Shown here: in pieces, positions 15,842 to 25,152 of the stretch
Layout of the letters: every line of letters begins with the position of its first letter
How positions within the stretch are numbered: the first letter of the stretch is position 1
Assembly: GCA_022824725.1 (NCBI GenBank)
Contig: JAJDZH010000178.1
Coordinates: 1 to 40,911, forward strand
DNA length: 40,911 nt
Direction: 5' to 3'
Source of the DNA: Thermoanaerobaculia bacterium
Lineage (GTDB): Bacteria; Acidobacteriota; Thermoanaerobaculia; Multivoradales; Multivoraceae
Translations under genes and position numbers: made by a program
Notes under the pieces: model-generated
What the model saw: the letters and a program-made list of their open reading frames with translations, nothing else
Told to the model about the DNA's origin: nothing
The model's database searches: none

Positions 15842-17638
15842 TCAGCGCCCCGACTGCCCGTAGAACTCGCGGCTGAGCTGCTGCTTTTCCTCGATCATCC
15901 GGTGCAGGGTCTCCATGTCACCTTCACGCTGTGCGCGATTGATCTCCCGGGCAAGCAGGTTGAGCCGCTGTCTGGTGAAACGCCGACCCAATTCCACGAG
16001 ACTGATCCGAAGCTCCGATTCAGAGAAGGCAGACGACCGTTGTAACAAAAGCCCGGCGATCCGGTCAACAGGTCGATCGGTCTCGTCGTCCGTACCGGCC
16101 CGGCGTCCCAGAACATCCACGAGGGCGCCGGAGTCGATCCGCTCCGCCCCGGCTTGGGCCTGCTCCCTCATGGCCTCGTAGATGGCGCGCAGGGCGGGAT
16201 CGAAGAAGGCATCCGGCGCCGGCCATTCGATGCCGCGAAGGTCCGGGGCGGCGGCCGTCAGACGCAGCACCTGCTCCTCGATCGACGAGGTCACCGGGGG
16301 ACGGCGGACGGCGGCGGGCCCGGGCGCGTCCGCGGCGGCCGGCTTCTCAGCCGCCGGGGCGGATTCCCGCAGCAGCACGTCGACCTTGACCCCGAGTCGC
16401 TCGGCGGCGGTCTCGTAGTAGCCCCTTCGCGCGATCGGGTCGCCGATCCGGTCGATCAGCGTCCGTACCCGCGCGGCCTCGCGCGCCCGCAACCGCGGAT
16501 CGAGCTCGCCCCGGCTGGGCAGGTCGTCGATCTCGATCGCCACCGCATCCCGGGCCTCGGCAACCGTGGCCCGCACCGCCCCGGGTCCCTCGTCGAGCCG
16601 CAGCGAATCCGGATCCTGGCCCGCCGGAAAGAGCGCCCGGCGAACGTTGAGCCCGGCCTCGAGCATCAGTCCCGCCGCCTTGCGGGCCGCCTCGATGCCG
16701 GCACGGTCGCCGTCGTAACCCAGGACCACCTCGTCGGTGTAGCGGGACAGCAACCGCACCTGCTGCTCCGTGAGCGCCGTCCCCATGCTCGCGACGGCCC
16801 AGTCGATGCCCGATGCCGCGGCGCCCATCACGTCGAAGTAGCCCTCGACCAGGAGCGCCCGGCCCTGTTCCCGGATCCCGCGGCGGGCGGCGTCGAGCCC
16901 GTAGAGCAGCGTGCCCTTCCGGAAGTGATCCGTCTCGTTCGTGTTGACGTACTTGGCCTGGTCGTCGCCGAGGGTGCGGCCGCCGAACGCCAGGAGGCGG
17001 CCGGAAGGCGACCGGATGGGGAACATCAGCCGGTTGCGGAACCGGTCGTAGGGACGGTCCGGCGCCTTCGGGCTGCGGGCGATGAGACCCGCGGCCTCGA
17101 GGTCGGGAACCGGTATGCGCCGTCCCAGATCCTCGATCATCGTCCGCCAGTCGTCGGGCGCGTAGCCCACGCCGAAGCTGGCGATGAGCTCCCGCGGCAC
17201 CTTGCGCCGCTCCAGGTACTGCCGGGGCACGGGCTCCGTCCCGAGCTTCGCCCGGAAGAAGTCGTAGGCGGCGTCGAGCGCGGCCTGAACGCGCTCGGAG
17301 CGGTCGGCCCGGCGATCGGCGCCCGGCCCGGAAGCCCGCCGCAGGGGAACTCCGTAGCGGCGGGCCAGACTCTCGATCGCGGTGGCGAAGGTGTCGCCGG
17401 TGAGTTCCATGTGGAAGCGGATGGCGTCGCCGCCGGCGCCGCAGCCGAAGCAGTAGTAGAGCTTGCGCTCGGGATCGAGCGACAGCGACGGCGTCTTCTC
17501 CTTGTGGAAGGGGCAGAGCGCCACGAAGCGCTGGCCGCGGCGCTCGACCTTCGTGTGCTCGCTGACGAGGTCGATGAGGTCGACCGCCTCGCGCACCGCG
17601 TCCACCGCCTCGTCGGTGAGCCTGGAGCGTCGCTGCAC
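15842..17638 (-). CDS. dnaG: DNA primase
   Basis: CPFH...CFGC zinc finger, DRFRNRLMFPI, and Toprim motifs LVEGYFDV and YDGDRAG. Confidence 0.96.
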   Translation of the reverse strand: MQRRSRLTDEAVDAVREAVDLIDLVSEHTKVERRGQRFVALCPFHKEKTPSLSLDPERKLYYCFGCGAGGDAIRFHMELTGDTFATAIESLARRYGVPLRRASGPGADRRADRSERVQAALDAAYDFFRAKLGTEPVPRQYLERRKVPRELIASFGVGYAPDDWRTMIEDLGRRIPVPDLEAAGLIARSPKAPDRPYDRFRNRLMFPIRSPSGRLLAFGGRTLGDDQAKYVNTNETDHFRKGTLLYGLDAARRGIREQGRALLVEGYFDVMGAAASGIDWAVASMGTALTEQQVRLLSRYTDEVVLGYDGDRAGIEAARKAAGLMLEAGLNVRRALFPAGQDPDSLRLDEGPGAVRATVAEARDAVAIEIDDLPSRGELDPRLRAREAARVRTLIDRIGDPIARRGYYETAAERLGVKVDVLLRESAPAAEKPAAADAPGPAAVRRPPVTSSIEEQVLRLTAAAPDLRGIEWPAPDAFFDPALRAIYEAMREQAQAGAERIDSGALVDVLGRRAGTDDETDRPVDRIAGLLLQRSSAFSESELRISLVELGRRFTRQRLNLLAREINRAQREGDMETLHRMIEEKQQLSREFYGQSGR

Positions 17639-17678
17639 GACCGCTCATGCTACAGCGACAGGCGCCCCTCGGGAGCCG

Positions 17679-20240
17679 TCAGCGCAGGAGGACTTCGGTC
17701 GCGCCGTCGCCGCCGGCGGAGGGGAGAGCGGGATCGAAGCCGGCCACCGCCGGGTGGCTTCGCAGGTGCTCGCGAACCGCCCGGCGAAGCCGGCCGCTGC
17801 CGTGGCCATGGACCACGCGAACCCGTTCGCGGCCGGCCGCCAGAGCCCGATCGAGGTAGGCGTCGAGGGAGTCGAGGGCCGGCTCGACCAACTGGCCGAT
17901 CAGGAGCAGCTCCGCTTCCACCGAAGGCGCGGGAGATCTCTGGACCCGGACCCGGCCGGGCGCCGGCCGTTCTCCGCCCGCTACCGCCAGAAGATCGGCG
18001 CCGGGCGCCCGGACCCGCTTGCCGCGGACCAGCACCGTCGCCTGGTCGCCGCGCAGTTCCACGAGCTCACCCAGCCAGCCCAGCGAACGGTGGCGGACAC
18101 GCTCACCGGCAACCAGGGGACGCTGCTCCTCCGGCTGCGACGGTTCCTCCGGTTCCCGTTCCGGCGCGGGGTCGATCTCGCCAGGCGCCCGGGAAGCGCG
18201 ATCGGCCGCCGCCGCCAGGTCCCGGTCGAGTTCTCCGTGCAGGGATGCGGCGGCCCGGGCGAAGGCCCGTTTGCCCGGCCCCCGGGAGGTCGACGACAAC
18301 CCGGCCAGGGCCTCATCCAGCCGGCGGCGGTTCGCCCGCCGCAACGCGTCGACTTCCCGCCCGAGCGCCTTGCCGAGTCGTTCCCTGGCCGCCCGCAGGG
18401 ACTCCTGCCGGGTCTCGAAACGGGCGCGGGCTGTCTCCGTCTCGGCGGTCCGCCGGGCGAGCTCCGCCTCCCGCTCGAGCAGCCGCTCGCGGAGGCGTTC
18501 GTTGCGTTCCAGCACCCGCCGCAGCTTCTGGTGCTCGGAACCCAGGAAGTGCTCGGCCCGCTCCAGCCAGGCCGGCGGCAGGCCGAGGCGACGCGCCAGC
18601 GCCAACGCCTGGCTTCCTCCGGGCGGGCCGACGACCAGCCGGTAGGTGGGCAGGCCGTTCTGCGGATCGAAACCCATCGCGGCGCAGGAGGCCGACTGCG
18701 ACTCGAGGGCGGCCGCGGCAAGCTGGGTGAGGTGGGTCGTCAGGATGCCGAGCGAACCGCGCTCGACCAGCCCCTCGAGCAGGGCGATTCCGAGCGCGGC
18801 GCCCTCCTCCGGGTTCGTCCCGGCGCCGACCTCGTCGAGCAGGACCAGGGTGCGCGGCCCGGCGCGGCGCCACACCTCGCGCAGGCGGAGCAACCGGGCG
18901 CTGAACGTCGACTGCTCGTCGAGGACGCTCTGCTCGTCGCCCACCACCGCCACGACGTGGTCGAGGATCGGCAGGCGACTGTCCCGCCCGGCGGGAACCG
19001 GCAGACCGGCCTGGTTCATCAGGCACAAGAGCCCCACCGTCTTCAGGGCGACCGTCTTGCCGCCGGCGTTCGGACCGGTCAGCACCAGGGTTCTACACCC
19101 CGGCCAGGAACCGCCCGCGCCGCTGCCGATCCCTCCGCGGGAGTCCCCGCCGTGATCGTCCAGCTTCAGGTCCAGCGGCACGACGACGCCCCGGTTGCCG
19201 GCCGCGCCCAGCGCCAGTTCCCTGCGGTCGGCCAGCCGCGGATCGAGCAGCGGGTGGCGGGCGCCGCGGAGTTCGAGCAGCGGCGCTTCGCCGGCCGGAC
19301 CGTCGGATGCGACCGTGGCGAGCACGGCGTCGACGTCGACTGCGAAGCGCGCCGCCGCCTGCATCGCATCGACGGCGGCCAGGAAGTCGATGCGCGCGAC
19401 GATCGCCGGCGTGAGGACCTGCACCTGAGCCACCAGCTCGGCCAGGATGCGGCTGCGCTCGACGTCCTTGTCCGAAGCAAGCCGCTCCATCTCGTCGTTG
19501 CCTTCGACTACCTCCGAGGGTTCGAAGTAGAAGCTCCTGCCCGAGGCGGAGCGGCCCCTGACGAGTCCGGCGAGACGGCCGCGGCTACCCGAGGGAAGGA
19601 GGACCGACAGCCGGCCGCCCCGCATGGGCGTCGAATCGTCCGCCAGGGCGTTGCCGTGCTCCCGCACCCAGGCCTGAAGCGAGGCCTCGACCGAAGCCTG
19701 GGTGCGCCGGGCGTCCCGGACGAGCGTCCGCAGCCGCGGCGTCGCGTCGTCCCGCACCTCGCCGCGCCGGTTCAGCATGCGGCGCAGGCGGCTCGCCAAC
19801 CCGGCGCAGCCTCCGCCATGCTGGCCCGGAGGGACGGCTTGCGCGGCGTCGGCCTCCATCCGTCGCAGCGTCTCGACCTCGGCGGCGCATTGCGGCGTGG
19901 CGCCGGGACTCTCCAGCCGTCCCACCACCTCCTCGCTGGCCTCGATCGCCGCGGCCAGGTCGAGCAACTCCGGACCGCCCAAGCCTCGACCGTCCCCTTC
20001 GAGATGAGAGCAGAGGTCGAGAAGCCCATCGAGCGACGGCACCAGGACACCGTCCCGTTCGACCTCCCGGGCGATCTCCGCGTAGCGAACCCGCCGCCGC
20101 TCGATCTCGTCGCGGTCGGTTTCCGGCGCGATGGCGCGGACCGCCCGGCCCCCTATGTCGGTCGAAGCGAAACCCGCGAGGACGGCGAGCAGCGACGGAA
20201 ACTCGAGCGCCTCGGAGGTAGCGGCGCTACAACAACTCAT
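17679..20240 (-). CDS. mutS2: Endonuclease MutS2 (Smr domain)
   Basis: ARHPLL, Walker A LTGPNAGGKT, LLDEVGAGTNP, a coiled coil, a KOW-like region and the C-terminal Smr motif VVHGHGSGRLR. Confidence 0.93.
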   Translation of the reverse strand: MSCCSAATSEALEFPSLLAVLAGFASTDIGGRAVRAIAPETDRDEIERRRVRYAEIAREVERDGVLVPSLDGLLDLCSHLEGDGRGLGGPELLDLAAAIEASEEVVGRLESPGATPQCAAEVETLRRMEADAAQAVPPGQHGGGCAGLASRLRRMLNRRGEVRDDATPRLRTLVRDARRTQASVEASLQAWVREHGNALADDSTPMRGGRLSVLLPSGSRGRLAGLVRGRSASGRSFYFEPSEVVEGNDEMERLASDKDVERSRILAELVAQVQVLTPAIVARIDFLAAVDAMQAAARFAVDVDAVLATVASDGPAGEAPLLELRGARHPLLDPRLADRRELALGAAGNRGVVVPLDLKLDDHGGDSRGGIGSGAGGSWPGCRTLVLTGPNAGGKTVALKTVGLLCLMNQAGLPVPAGRDSRLPILDHVVAVVGDEQSVLDEQSTFSARLLRLREVWRRAGPRTLVLLDEVGAGTNPEEGAALGIALLEGLVERGSLGILTTHLTQLAAAALESQSASCAAMGFDPQNGLPTYRLVVGPPGGSQALALARRLGLPPAWLERAEHFLGSEHQKLRRVLERNERLRERLLEREAELARRTAETETARARFETRQESLRAARERLGKALGREVDALRRANRRRLDEALAGLSSTSRGPGKRAFARAAASLHGELDRDLAAAADRASRAPGEIDPAPEREPEEPSQPEEQRPLVAGERVRHRSLGWLGELVELRGDQATVLVRGKRVRAPGADLLAVAGGERPAPGRVRVQRSPAPSVEAELLLIGQLVEPALDSLDAYLDRALAAGRERVRVVHGHGSGRLRRAVREHLRSHPAVAGFDPALPSAGGDGATEVLLR

Positions 20241-20272
20241 CTGTCAGCCCGGTAACGGATCACCAAGCTCGG

Positions 20273-20290
20273 CGCAGCGCGTTCGCTGCG
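20273..20290. terminator. GC hairpin after rpsU (possible weak terminator or pause)
   Basis: CGCAGCG-cgtt-CGCTGCG, 8 nt past the rpsU stop; no clear U-tract. Confidence 0.35.
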
Positions 20291-20298
20291 GGGACGCC

Positions 20299-20508
20299 CT
20301 AGGCGAGACCGGCGCGGCGCTCCTCAGCCAGCCGCCGCAACATCTTCTTGCGGGCCTGCATGACCTTGCGCTTCCGCTTGACGGACGGCTTCTCGAAGTG
20401 CTGGCGCTTCTTGAGCTCCGTCAGGATGCCTTCCTTCTCGCACTTCCGCTTGAAGCGGCGAAGCGCATTCTCGAAGCTCTCGTCTTCGCGTACCTGCACA
20501 ACCGGCAT
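20299..20508 (-). CDS. rpsU: 30S ribosomal protein S21
   Basis: [42 protein letters not shown] is typical bS21. Confidence 0.97.
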   Translation of the reverse strand: MPVVQVREDESFENALRRFKRKCEKEGILTELKKRQHFEKPSVKRKRKVMQARKKMLRRLAEERRAGLA

Positions 20509-20598
20509 GAAGTGATCTCGTTCCCTTTGTTGACCCGCGGGCTTCCGCCCGGATAGCCCGATCGCCGCCGACGCACGTCAGCCCACGGGCGAACGCGG

Positions 20599-20627
20599 AT
20601 TCTGCACGAGCCGGCCCGCCCCGTCAA
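20599..20627 (-). promoter_or_regulatory. Sigma70-type promoter of rpsU-mutS2-dnaG-rpoD
   Basis: Minus strand TTGACG-17 nt-CAGAAT, 90 nt upstream of rpsU. Confidence 0.65.
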
Positions 20628-20640
20628 GGGCCGGGCACGC

Positions 20641-21432
20641 CTACTCCTCCTCCGCCTGACCCTCCACGGCGTTGGCGTCGGTGCGGTAGACCGTCCCGTC
20701 GCCCTCGCGGAAGAACACCCCGGCGGCCGCGCCGGCGCCATGCTCCTCGGGGTTCTTCGGGTAGAACCAGGCGAACACGTTCTCCTCATCGAACTCCCGG
20801 ACGTTGCGATGGAACACCTTGCCGAGGAGCGCTTCGACCTCGGCCTCGGTCATCCCCCGCTCCACTTGGGCCAGCCGTTCGGCGGTGATGTAGCGCGCGT
20901 CCTGGTACTCGGCCAGCCGCGCCTGGAGATCGGCGTTGTCGGGGTCGACGCCGAGGGCCCGCTGCAGGATCTCGACCGCGCGGCGGTAGTCGCCGCCCTT
21001 GACCACGTACTCCTCGGCCAGGTACATGTCCTCGGCGCTCTTCATCGCGAAGGCGGCCCGCTGCTCTTCGGTCATCTCACCGCCGAGTTCCCATTCCGCT
21101 TCGTTGATGTAGTTGACCAGCTTGGTCGCAAAGGCCTCTCCGTCGTTTCCGATCTCGTTGTCGAGGGAATCGACCTGCGCGGCGAGGGCCTCGACGTCGT
21201 CGTCCTCGCCCGGCGTGAGGACCCGCGCGCGAAGCCCCGCCAGTTCGTCGCGCTTGACGTTCAGCGCCGCCTGCTCTTCCTGCAACTCGGCCCACGCATC
21301 GGCGCGCGCGGCGGACACCCGTTCCTCCTCCGAGGGACCGCACGCGACCAGAGCGGCGAACAGGACGATGACCGAAGCGCAAGCGGCGAACGCCGCCCGG
21401 CCCGGCCGCCCGATTGGAGTGGATCTCGACAT
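20641..21432 (-). CDS. Lipoprotein with coiled coil, TPR-like repeat and C-terminal SmpA/OmlA (BamE-like) domain
   Basis: Lipobox LVAC; TPR-like GDYRRAVEILQRALGVDPDN; BamE-like LAQVERGMTEAEVEALLG...WFY; AAGGAGG SD. Confidence 0.7.
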   Translation of the reverse strand: MSRSTPIGRPGRAAFAACASVIVLFAALVACGPSEEERVSAARADAWAELQEEQAALNVKRDELAGLRARVLTPGEDDDVEALAAQVDSLDNEIGNDGEAFATKLVNYINEAEWELGGEMTEEQRAAFAMKSAEDMYLAEEYVVKGGDYRRAVEILQRALGVDPDNADLQARLAEYQDARYITAERLAQVERGMTEAEVEALLGKVFHRNVREFDEENVFAWFYPKNPEEHGAGAAAGVFFREGDGTVYRTDANAVEGQAEEE

Positions 21433-21554
21433 TCTGGCGCCTCCTTGGACCGCTTGTTGCGTGCCGGCGACTATACCCCAAGGCGAGCCGCGACAGGGCG
21501 CACACGGAGGCTCGACGTGGGGCTATACTGCGGCACTGCGCTCGGGTGCCCTGA

Positions 21555-21627
21555 GGGTCCATAGCTCAGCGGTTAGAGCATCCGGCTCATAACCGGCAGG
21601 TCCCTGGTTCGAATCCAGGTGGACCCA
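21555..21627 (+). tRNA. tRNA with CAT anticodon, most likely tRNA-Ile2 (lysidine-modified)
   Basis: GGGTCCATAGCTCAGCGGTTAGAGCATCCGGCT-CAT-AACCGGCAGGTCCCTGGTTCGAATCCAGGTGGACCCA. G1:C72 is paired, so it is not the initiator. CCA is not encoded. A TATACT -10 lies at 21524-21529. Ile2 versus elongator Met is inferred from the acceptor and D arms. Confidence 0.9.
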
Positions 21628-21685
21628 CACCGCGAACTGCGGAGCCTGCGATCGCTAACTCACTGGAACCTCTGACAATCGGCGC

Positions 21686-22426
21686 ATGGAACGAGTCCTC
21701 GACACGATCGTAGATCTGCAGCAGGCGAGCCTGGAACTCGCCCACAGCCGCGCCCTTCTGGACGGGGTTCCCGAGTCGATGCAGGAGCTCCACGACCAGT
21801 ACGTGCACCAGCGGAGCGAGATCGAACGGCTCGAGCAGGAGTGCCAGCAGGCCGAACTCGAGCGCCGCGCCGCGGAAGCAGAAGCGGCGGCGGGAAAGGA
21901 GAGCATCGAGCGCTACCAGGAGCAGATCGCCCGCGTCACGACGCAGCGCGAGTACGGCGCTCTTCTGAGTGAGATCGACACGGTGCGCGCCGGCATGCGG
22001 GAAGCGGACGAGCAGGCTCTCCTGGCCATCGAGCGCCAGGACGAGGCGTCGGCGCAGCTCGACGAGATCCGCGGCGCGTTCGAGACGCTCGACCAGCAGT
22101 ACCAGGAGCAGCTCGCCGTGTGGGAAGAGCAGAAGCCCGAAATGCGCAAGCGGGTCGAAACGCTCGAGGGGCAGATCGAGGTGTTTCGTGAACGCCTCCC
22201 GCCGGCCGCCCTCCTCCAGTACGAGCGCCTGTTCGACCGCCACGGCGGCGCGCCGCTGGCCGCCATCGGAGTCGTCGAGAGTACCGGCGCTCCCATCCGG
22301 CACTGTTCGTTCTGCAACTACCGGATCAGGCCTCAGGTCGTCGTCCAGATTCAGACCCAGGGCGCGCTCGTACCCTGCGACTCCTGCCAGCGAATCCTGT
22401 ACCTGGACGGCGGAGAGACCGGCTGA
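21686..22426 (+). CDS. Coiled-coil protein with C-terminal C4 zinc ribbon (DUF164 / CT398 / HP0958-like)
   Basis: Long Glu/Gln-rich coiled coil followed by CSFC...CDSCQRILY. Confidence 0.88.
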   Translation: MERVLDTIVDLQQASLELAHSRALLDGVPESMQELHDQYVHQRSEIERLEQECQQAELERRAAEAEAAAGKESIERYQEQIARVTTQREYGALLSEIDTVRAGMREADEQALLAIERQDEASAQLDEIRGAFETLDQQYQEQLAVWEEQKPEMRKRVETLEGQIEVFRERLPPAALLQYERLFDRHGGAPLAAIGVVESTGAPIRHCSFCNYRIRPQVVVQIQTQGALVPCDSCQRILYLDGGETG

Positions 22427-23148
22427 GCGAGGCGCCGGGGAAGACGGCGGCCGAACGCTACGCGGAGATAGTGGAGCGGCTGGCGGAGGCCTGCCGGCAG
22501 GCAGGCAGGGAGCCGGAAGAGGTCGCCCTGGTCGGCGCCTGCAAGCGGCAGCCGCTCGACCGCATCGCCGCGGCGCTGGACGCCGGCCTCCGCATCCTCG
22601 GCGAGAACCAGGTGCAGGAGGGCGAGGCGCACCGCGCGGCGCTGGTCGACGCCGGCTACAGCGACCGGGTCGCCTGGCACCTGATCGGACCGCTGCAGTC
22701 GAACAAGGCGGCCCGCGCCTGCGACGCCTTCGACGTGTTCGAAGCGGTCGACCGGCCGAAGATCGCGGAGCGGCTCGACCGTGTGCTCGGCAGCCGGGGA
22801 CTCGGCGTCCGCGGCTGCCTGCTCGAAGTGAACATCGGCCGCGAACCCAGCAAGCACGGCTTCCTGCCCGAGGACACGGAAGCGATGCTGCGCATCGGCG
22901 AACTCGACCATCTGCGGGTGCGCGGCCTGATGGCGATTCCGCCGCCGCGCTCCGACGCGGGCGAGTCCCGCGCCGACTTTGCCGCTCTCAGGCGCCTGCG
23001 CGACCGGCTGGCCCGCGGCGGCCTGTTCGGCGACCGGGAGGGATGGCTGTCGATGGGCATGAGCGCCGACTTCGAGGCCGCGGTCCTCGAGGGCGCCAGC
23101 CACGTGCGGATCGGTTCCGCGTTGTTCGGAGAGCGGCCGCGGCGATAA
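22423..23148 (+). CDS. yggS: YggS/PLPBP pyridoxal-phosphate homeostasis protein
   Basis: LVGACK, LGENQVQE, WHLIGPLQSNK, GLMAIPP, LSMGMSADF and VRIGSALFG. Start uncertain: CTG 22423 or GTG 22471. Confidence 0.93.
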   Translation: MSEAPGKTAAERYAEIVERLAEACRQAGREPEEVALVGACKRQPLDRIAAALDAGLRILGENQVQEGEAHRAALVDAGYSDRVAWHLIGPLQSNKAARACDAFDVFEAVDRPKIAERLDRVLGSRGLGVRGCLLEVNIGREPSKHGFLPEDTEAMLRIGELDHLRVRGLMAIPPPRSDAGESRADFAALRRLRDRLARGGLFGDREGWLSMGMSADFEAAVLEGASHVRIGSALFGERPRR

Positions 23149-23290
23149 GGTCGCCGCTTCGCGGCGGCTATGTCGACGCCGCCTCCGGCGGCAGCGGGTC
23201 AGAAGACCCGCGCACCCAGTTGGCGCGGCACACTGGGTGCGCCGGCGCCCTCGCCGGCTTCTGAAGACAACGCGCCGCGAAGCGGCGACC
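23149..23290. repeat. Intergenic element with perfect 18-bp terminal inverted repeats and four internal hairpins (MITE/REPIN-like or structured ncRNA)
   Basis: GGTCGCCGCTTCGCGGCG (23149-23166) is the exact reverse complement of CGCCGCGAAGCGGCGACC (23273-23290); internal stems are listed under findings. Confidence 0.75.
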
Positions 23291-23321
23291 ATCCCGCCGC
23301 GCTAGTGCTAGCGTCTACTGC

Positions 23322-25103
23322 TTGGAGTCTCTTTCCGATCTGCTTCGAGTCGTAGCGGAACGCTACGGCGAACGCGAGGCCCTGCTGTCCATCCGGCGCC
23401 ATCGCCGGACGGACTCGCTTTCCGCGCGGGAGTTCCTCGACGCCGTCTGCCGGACCGCCTGGGCGCTCGAGTCGCGCGGCGTGGCGAAGGGCGACCGTGT
23501 GGCGCTGTTCGCGACCAACCGGCCGGAGTGGCACATCGTCGACTTCGCCTGCCACCTGCTGGGCGCCGTTTCCGTGCCGATCTATCCGACTCTCAACGCG
23601 CCCCAGGTCGCCTACATCCTGCTCGACAGCGGCGCCGGCTGGATCTTCTACGACGACAAGGCGAAACGGGACCTGCTGTCGGGCATCGTTCCCAGCGACG
23701 GCGGCGAGGACGACCAGAACGGCGATGAGCAGCGCGGTCTGCGCATGGTGGCGCTGGATGCCGAGGCCGCCGCCCCCGGCGGCACCCACCTCGAAGCCCT
23801 GATCGCCGGGGCGCCGCCGGCCACGGATGCCGACCTCGCCACGTTCAGCGGGCGGGTCGGCCGGGACGACACGGCGAGCATCATCTACACCTCCGGCACG
23901 ACCGGCGACCCCAAGGGCGTCGTCCTGTCGCACCGGAACTTCGTCTCGAACATCCTGGCCTGCCAGGAGCTCTATCCGCTGGGGGAGGACGATCAGGCGC
24001 TCTCCTTCCTGCCGCTCTCCCACGTGTTCGAGCGCACGGTCGACTACCTCTTCTTCTACCGCGGGGTGTCGATCCACTACTCCCCCGCGATCGAGCGTGT
24101 CGCCGGCCTGATGCCGGACGTGCGGCCCACCGTCCTGTGTTCGGTGCCCAGGCTCTACGAGAGCGCCTACCTGCGTATTCAGAACCTCTTCGCGAGCCAG
24201 CCGCCGGCCCGCCGCCGGCTGATCGCCTGGGCGCTCAAGGTCGGCAAGCGGCGCGCTGAGCGCGGCGGCGCGGCGCTCCAGGGCCTGATCGCCGACCGCC
24301 TCGTGTTCCGCAAGATCAAGCAGCGCTTCGGGGGCCGCCTGCGGTTCGCCATTTCAGGCGGCGCCGCGATCGCCAATGAAGTCGCCGAGTTCTTCGACGC
24401 GATCGGCATCCGCCTCTACCAGGGTTACGGATTGACCGAAACCGCACCGGTTCTGGCAGTCGAGTACCCGGGCGCCTCCCGCCGGGGCTCCGTCGGCAAG
24501 GCCGCTCCCGGGGTCTCGCTTCGCATCGCGGACGACGGCGAGATCCTCGCCCGCACCGACGGCCTGATGCAGGGCTACTGGAAGAAGCCCCAGGCCACCG
24601 CCGAGGCGATCGACCCGGACGGCTGGTTCCACACCGGCGACATCGGCCGTCTCGACGACGACGGCTACCTCTACATCACGGACCGCAAGAAGGACCTCCT
24701 GGTGACGAGCGGCGGCAAGAACGTGGCGCCCCAGCCGATCGAGCAGATGCTGATCACGCACCCCGCGATCGCCCAGGTGGTCGTGGTCGGCGACGGCTAC
24801 CCGTACCTCAATGCCCTGATCGTCCCGAACTACGCGGAGCCGCCGGCGCCGTTCACCGGCATGGACCCCTCGGAACTCCGCCAGGACCCGCGCCTCCAGG
24901 AGCTCGTCCAGGGCGTGCTCGACCGCGCCAACGAGCGGCTGCCGACCCACGAGCGCGTGCGCCGCTTCCGGCTGCTCGAGCGGGAACTGACGCTGGAGGA
25001 GGGCGAGATCACGCCCACGCTGAAGGTGCGCAGGAAGATCGTCAACGAGCGCTACCGCGACGTGATTGCCTCGATGTACCTCAAGAGCCAGCGCGTCAGT
25101 TGA
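23322..25103 (+). CDS. Long-chain fatty acid-CoA ligase (AMP-binding, FadD15-like)
   Basis: IIYTSGTTGDPKGV, FLPLSHVFER, YQGYGLTET, WFHTGDIG and ITDRKKDLLVTSGGKNVAP. Confidence 0.93.
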   Translation: MESLSDLLRVVAERYGEREALLSIRRHRRTDSLSAREFLDAVCRTAWALESRGVAKGDRVALFATNRPEWHIVDFACHLLGAVSVPIYPTLNAPQVAYILLDSGAGWIFYDDKAKRDLLSGIVPSDGGEDDQNGDEQRGLRMVALDAEAAAPGGTHLEALIAGAPPATDADLATFSGRVGRDDTASIIYTSGTTGDPKGVVLSHRNFVSNILACQELYPLGEDDQALSFLPLSHVFERTVDYLFFYRGVSIHYSPAIERVAGLMPDVRPTVLCSVPRLYESAYLRIQNLFASQPPARRRLIAWALKVGKRRAERGGAALQGLIADRLVFRKIKQRFGGRLRFAISGGAAIANEVAEFFDAIGIRLYQGYGLTETAPVLAVEYPGASRRGSVGKAAPGVSLRIADDGEILARTDGLMQGYWKKPQATAEAIDPDGWFHTGDIGRLDDDGYLYITDRKKDLLVTSGGKNVAPQPIEQMLITHPAIAQVVVVGDGYPYLNALIVPNYAEPPAPFTGMDPSELRQDPRLQELVQGVLDRANERLPTHERVRRFRLLERELTLEEGEITPTLKVRRKIVNERYRDVIASMYLKSQRVS

Positions 25104-25152
25104 CGTCTGCGCGTCGGACGGGATCGCCGCGATTGCACAGGGAGCCAGCGCC

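Noticed and set aside
20509-20598. rpsU 5' UTR hairpin CGGGC-GGAA-GCCCG as a ribosomal-protein autoregulatory leader
   Set aside because: A single 5-bp GNRA hairpin is not enough evidence without comparative data.
23149-23290. Structured intergenic region considered as RNase P RNA, SRP RNA, 6S RNA, tmRNA or tRNA
   Set aside because: It lacks GAGGAAAGTCC (rnpB), the SRP domain IV GGAA/AGCAG motif and a T-loop GTTCGA with acceptor end. It is also too short and too branched for 6S.
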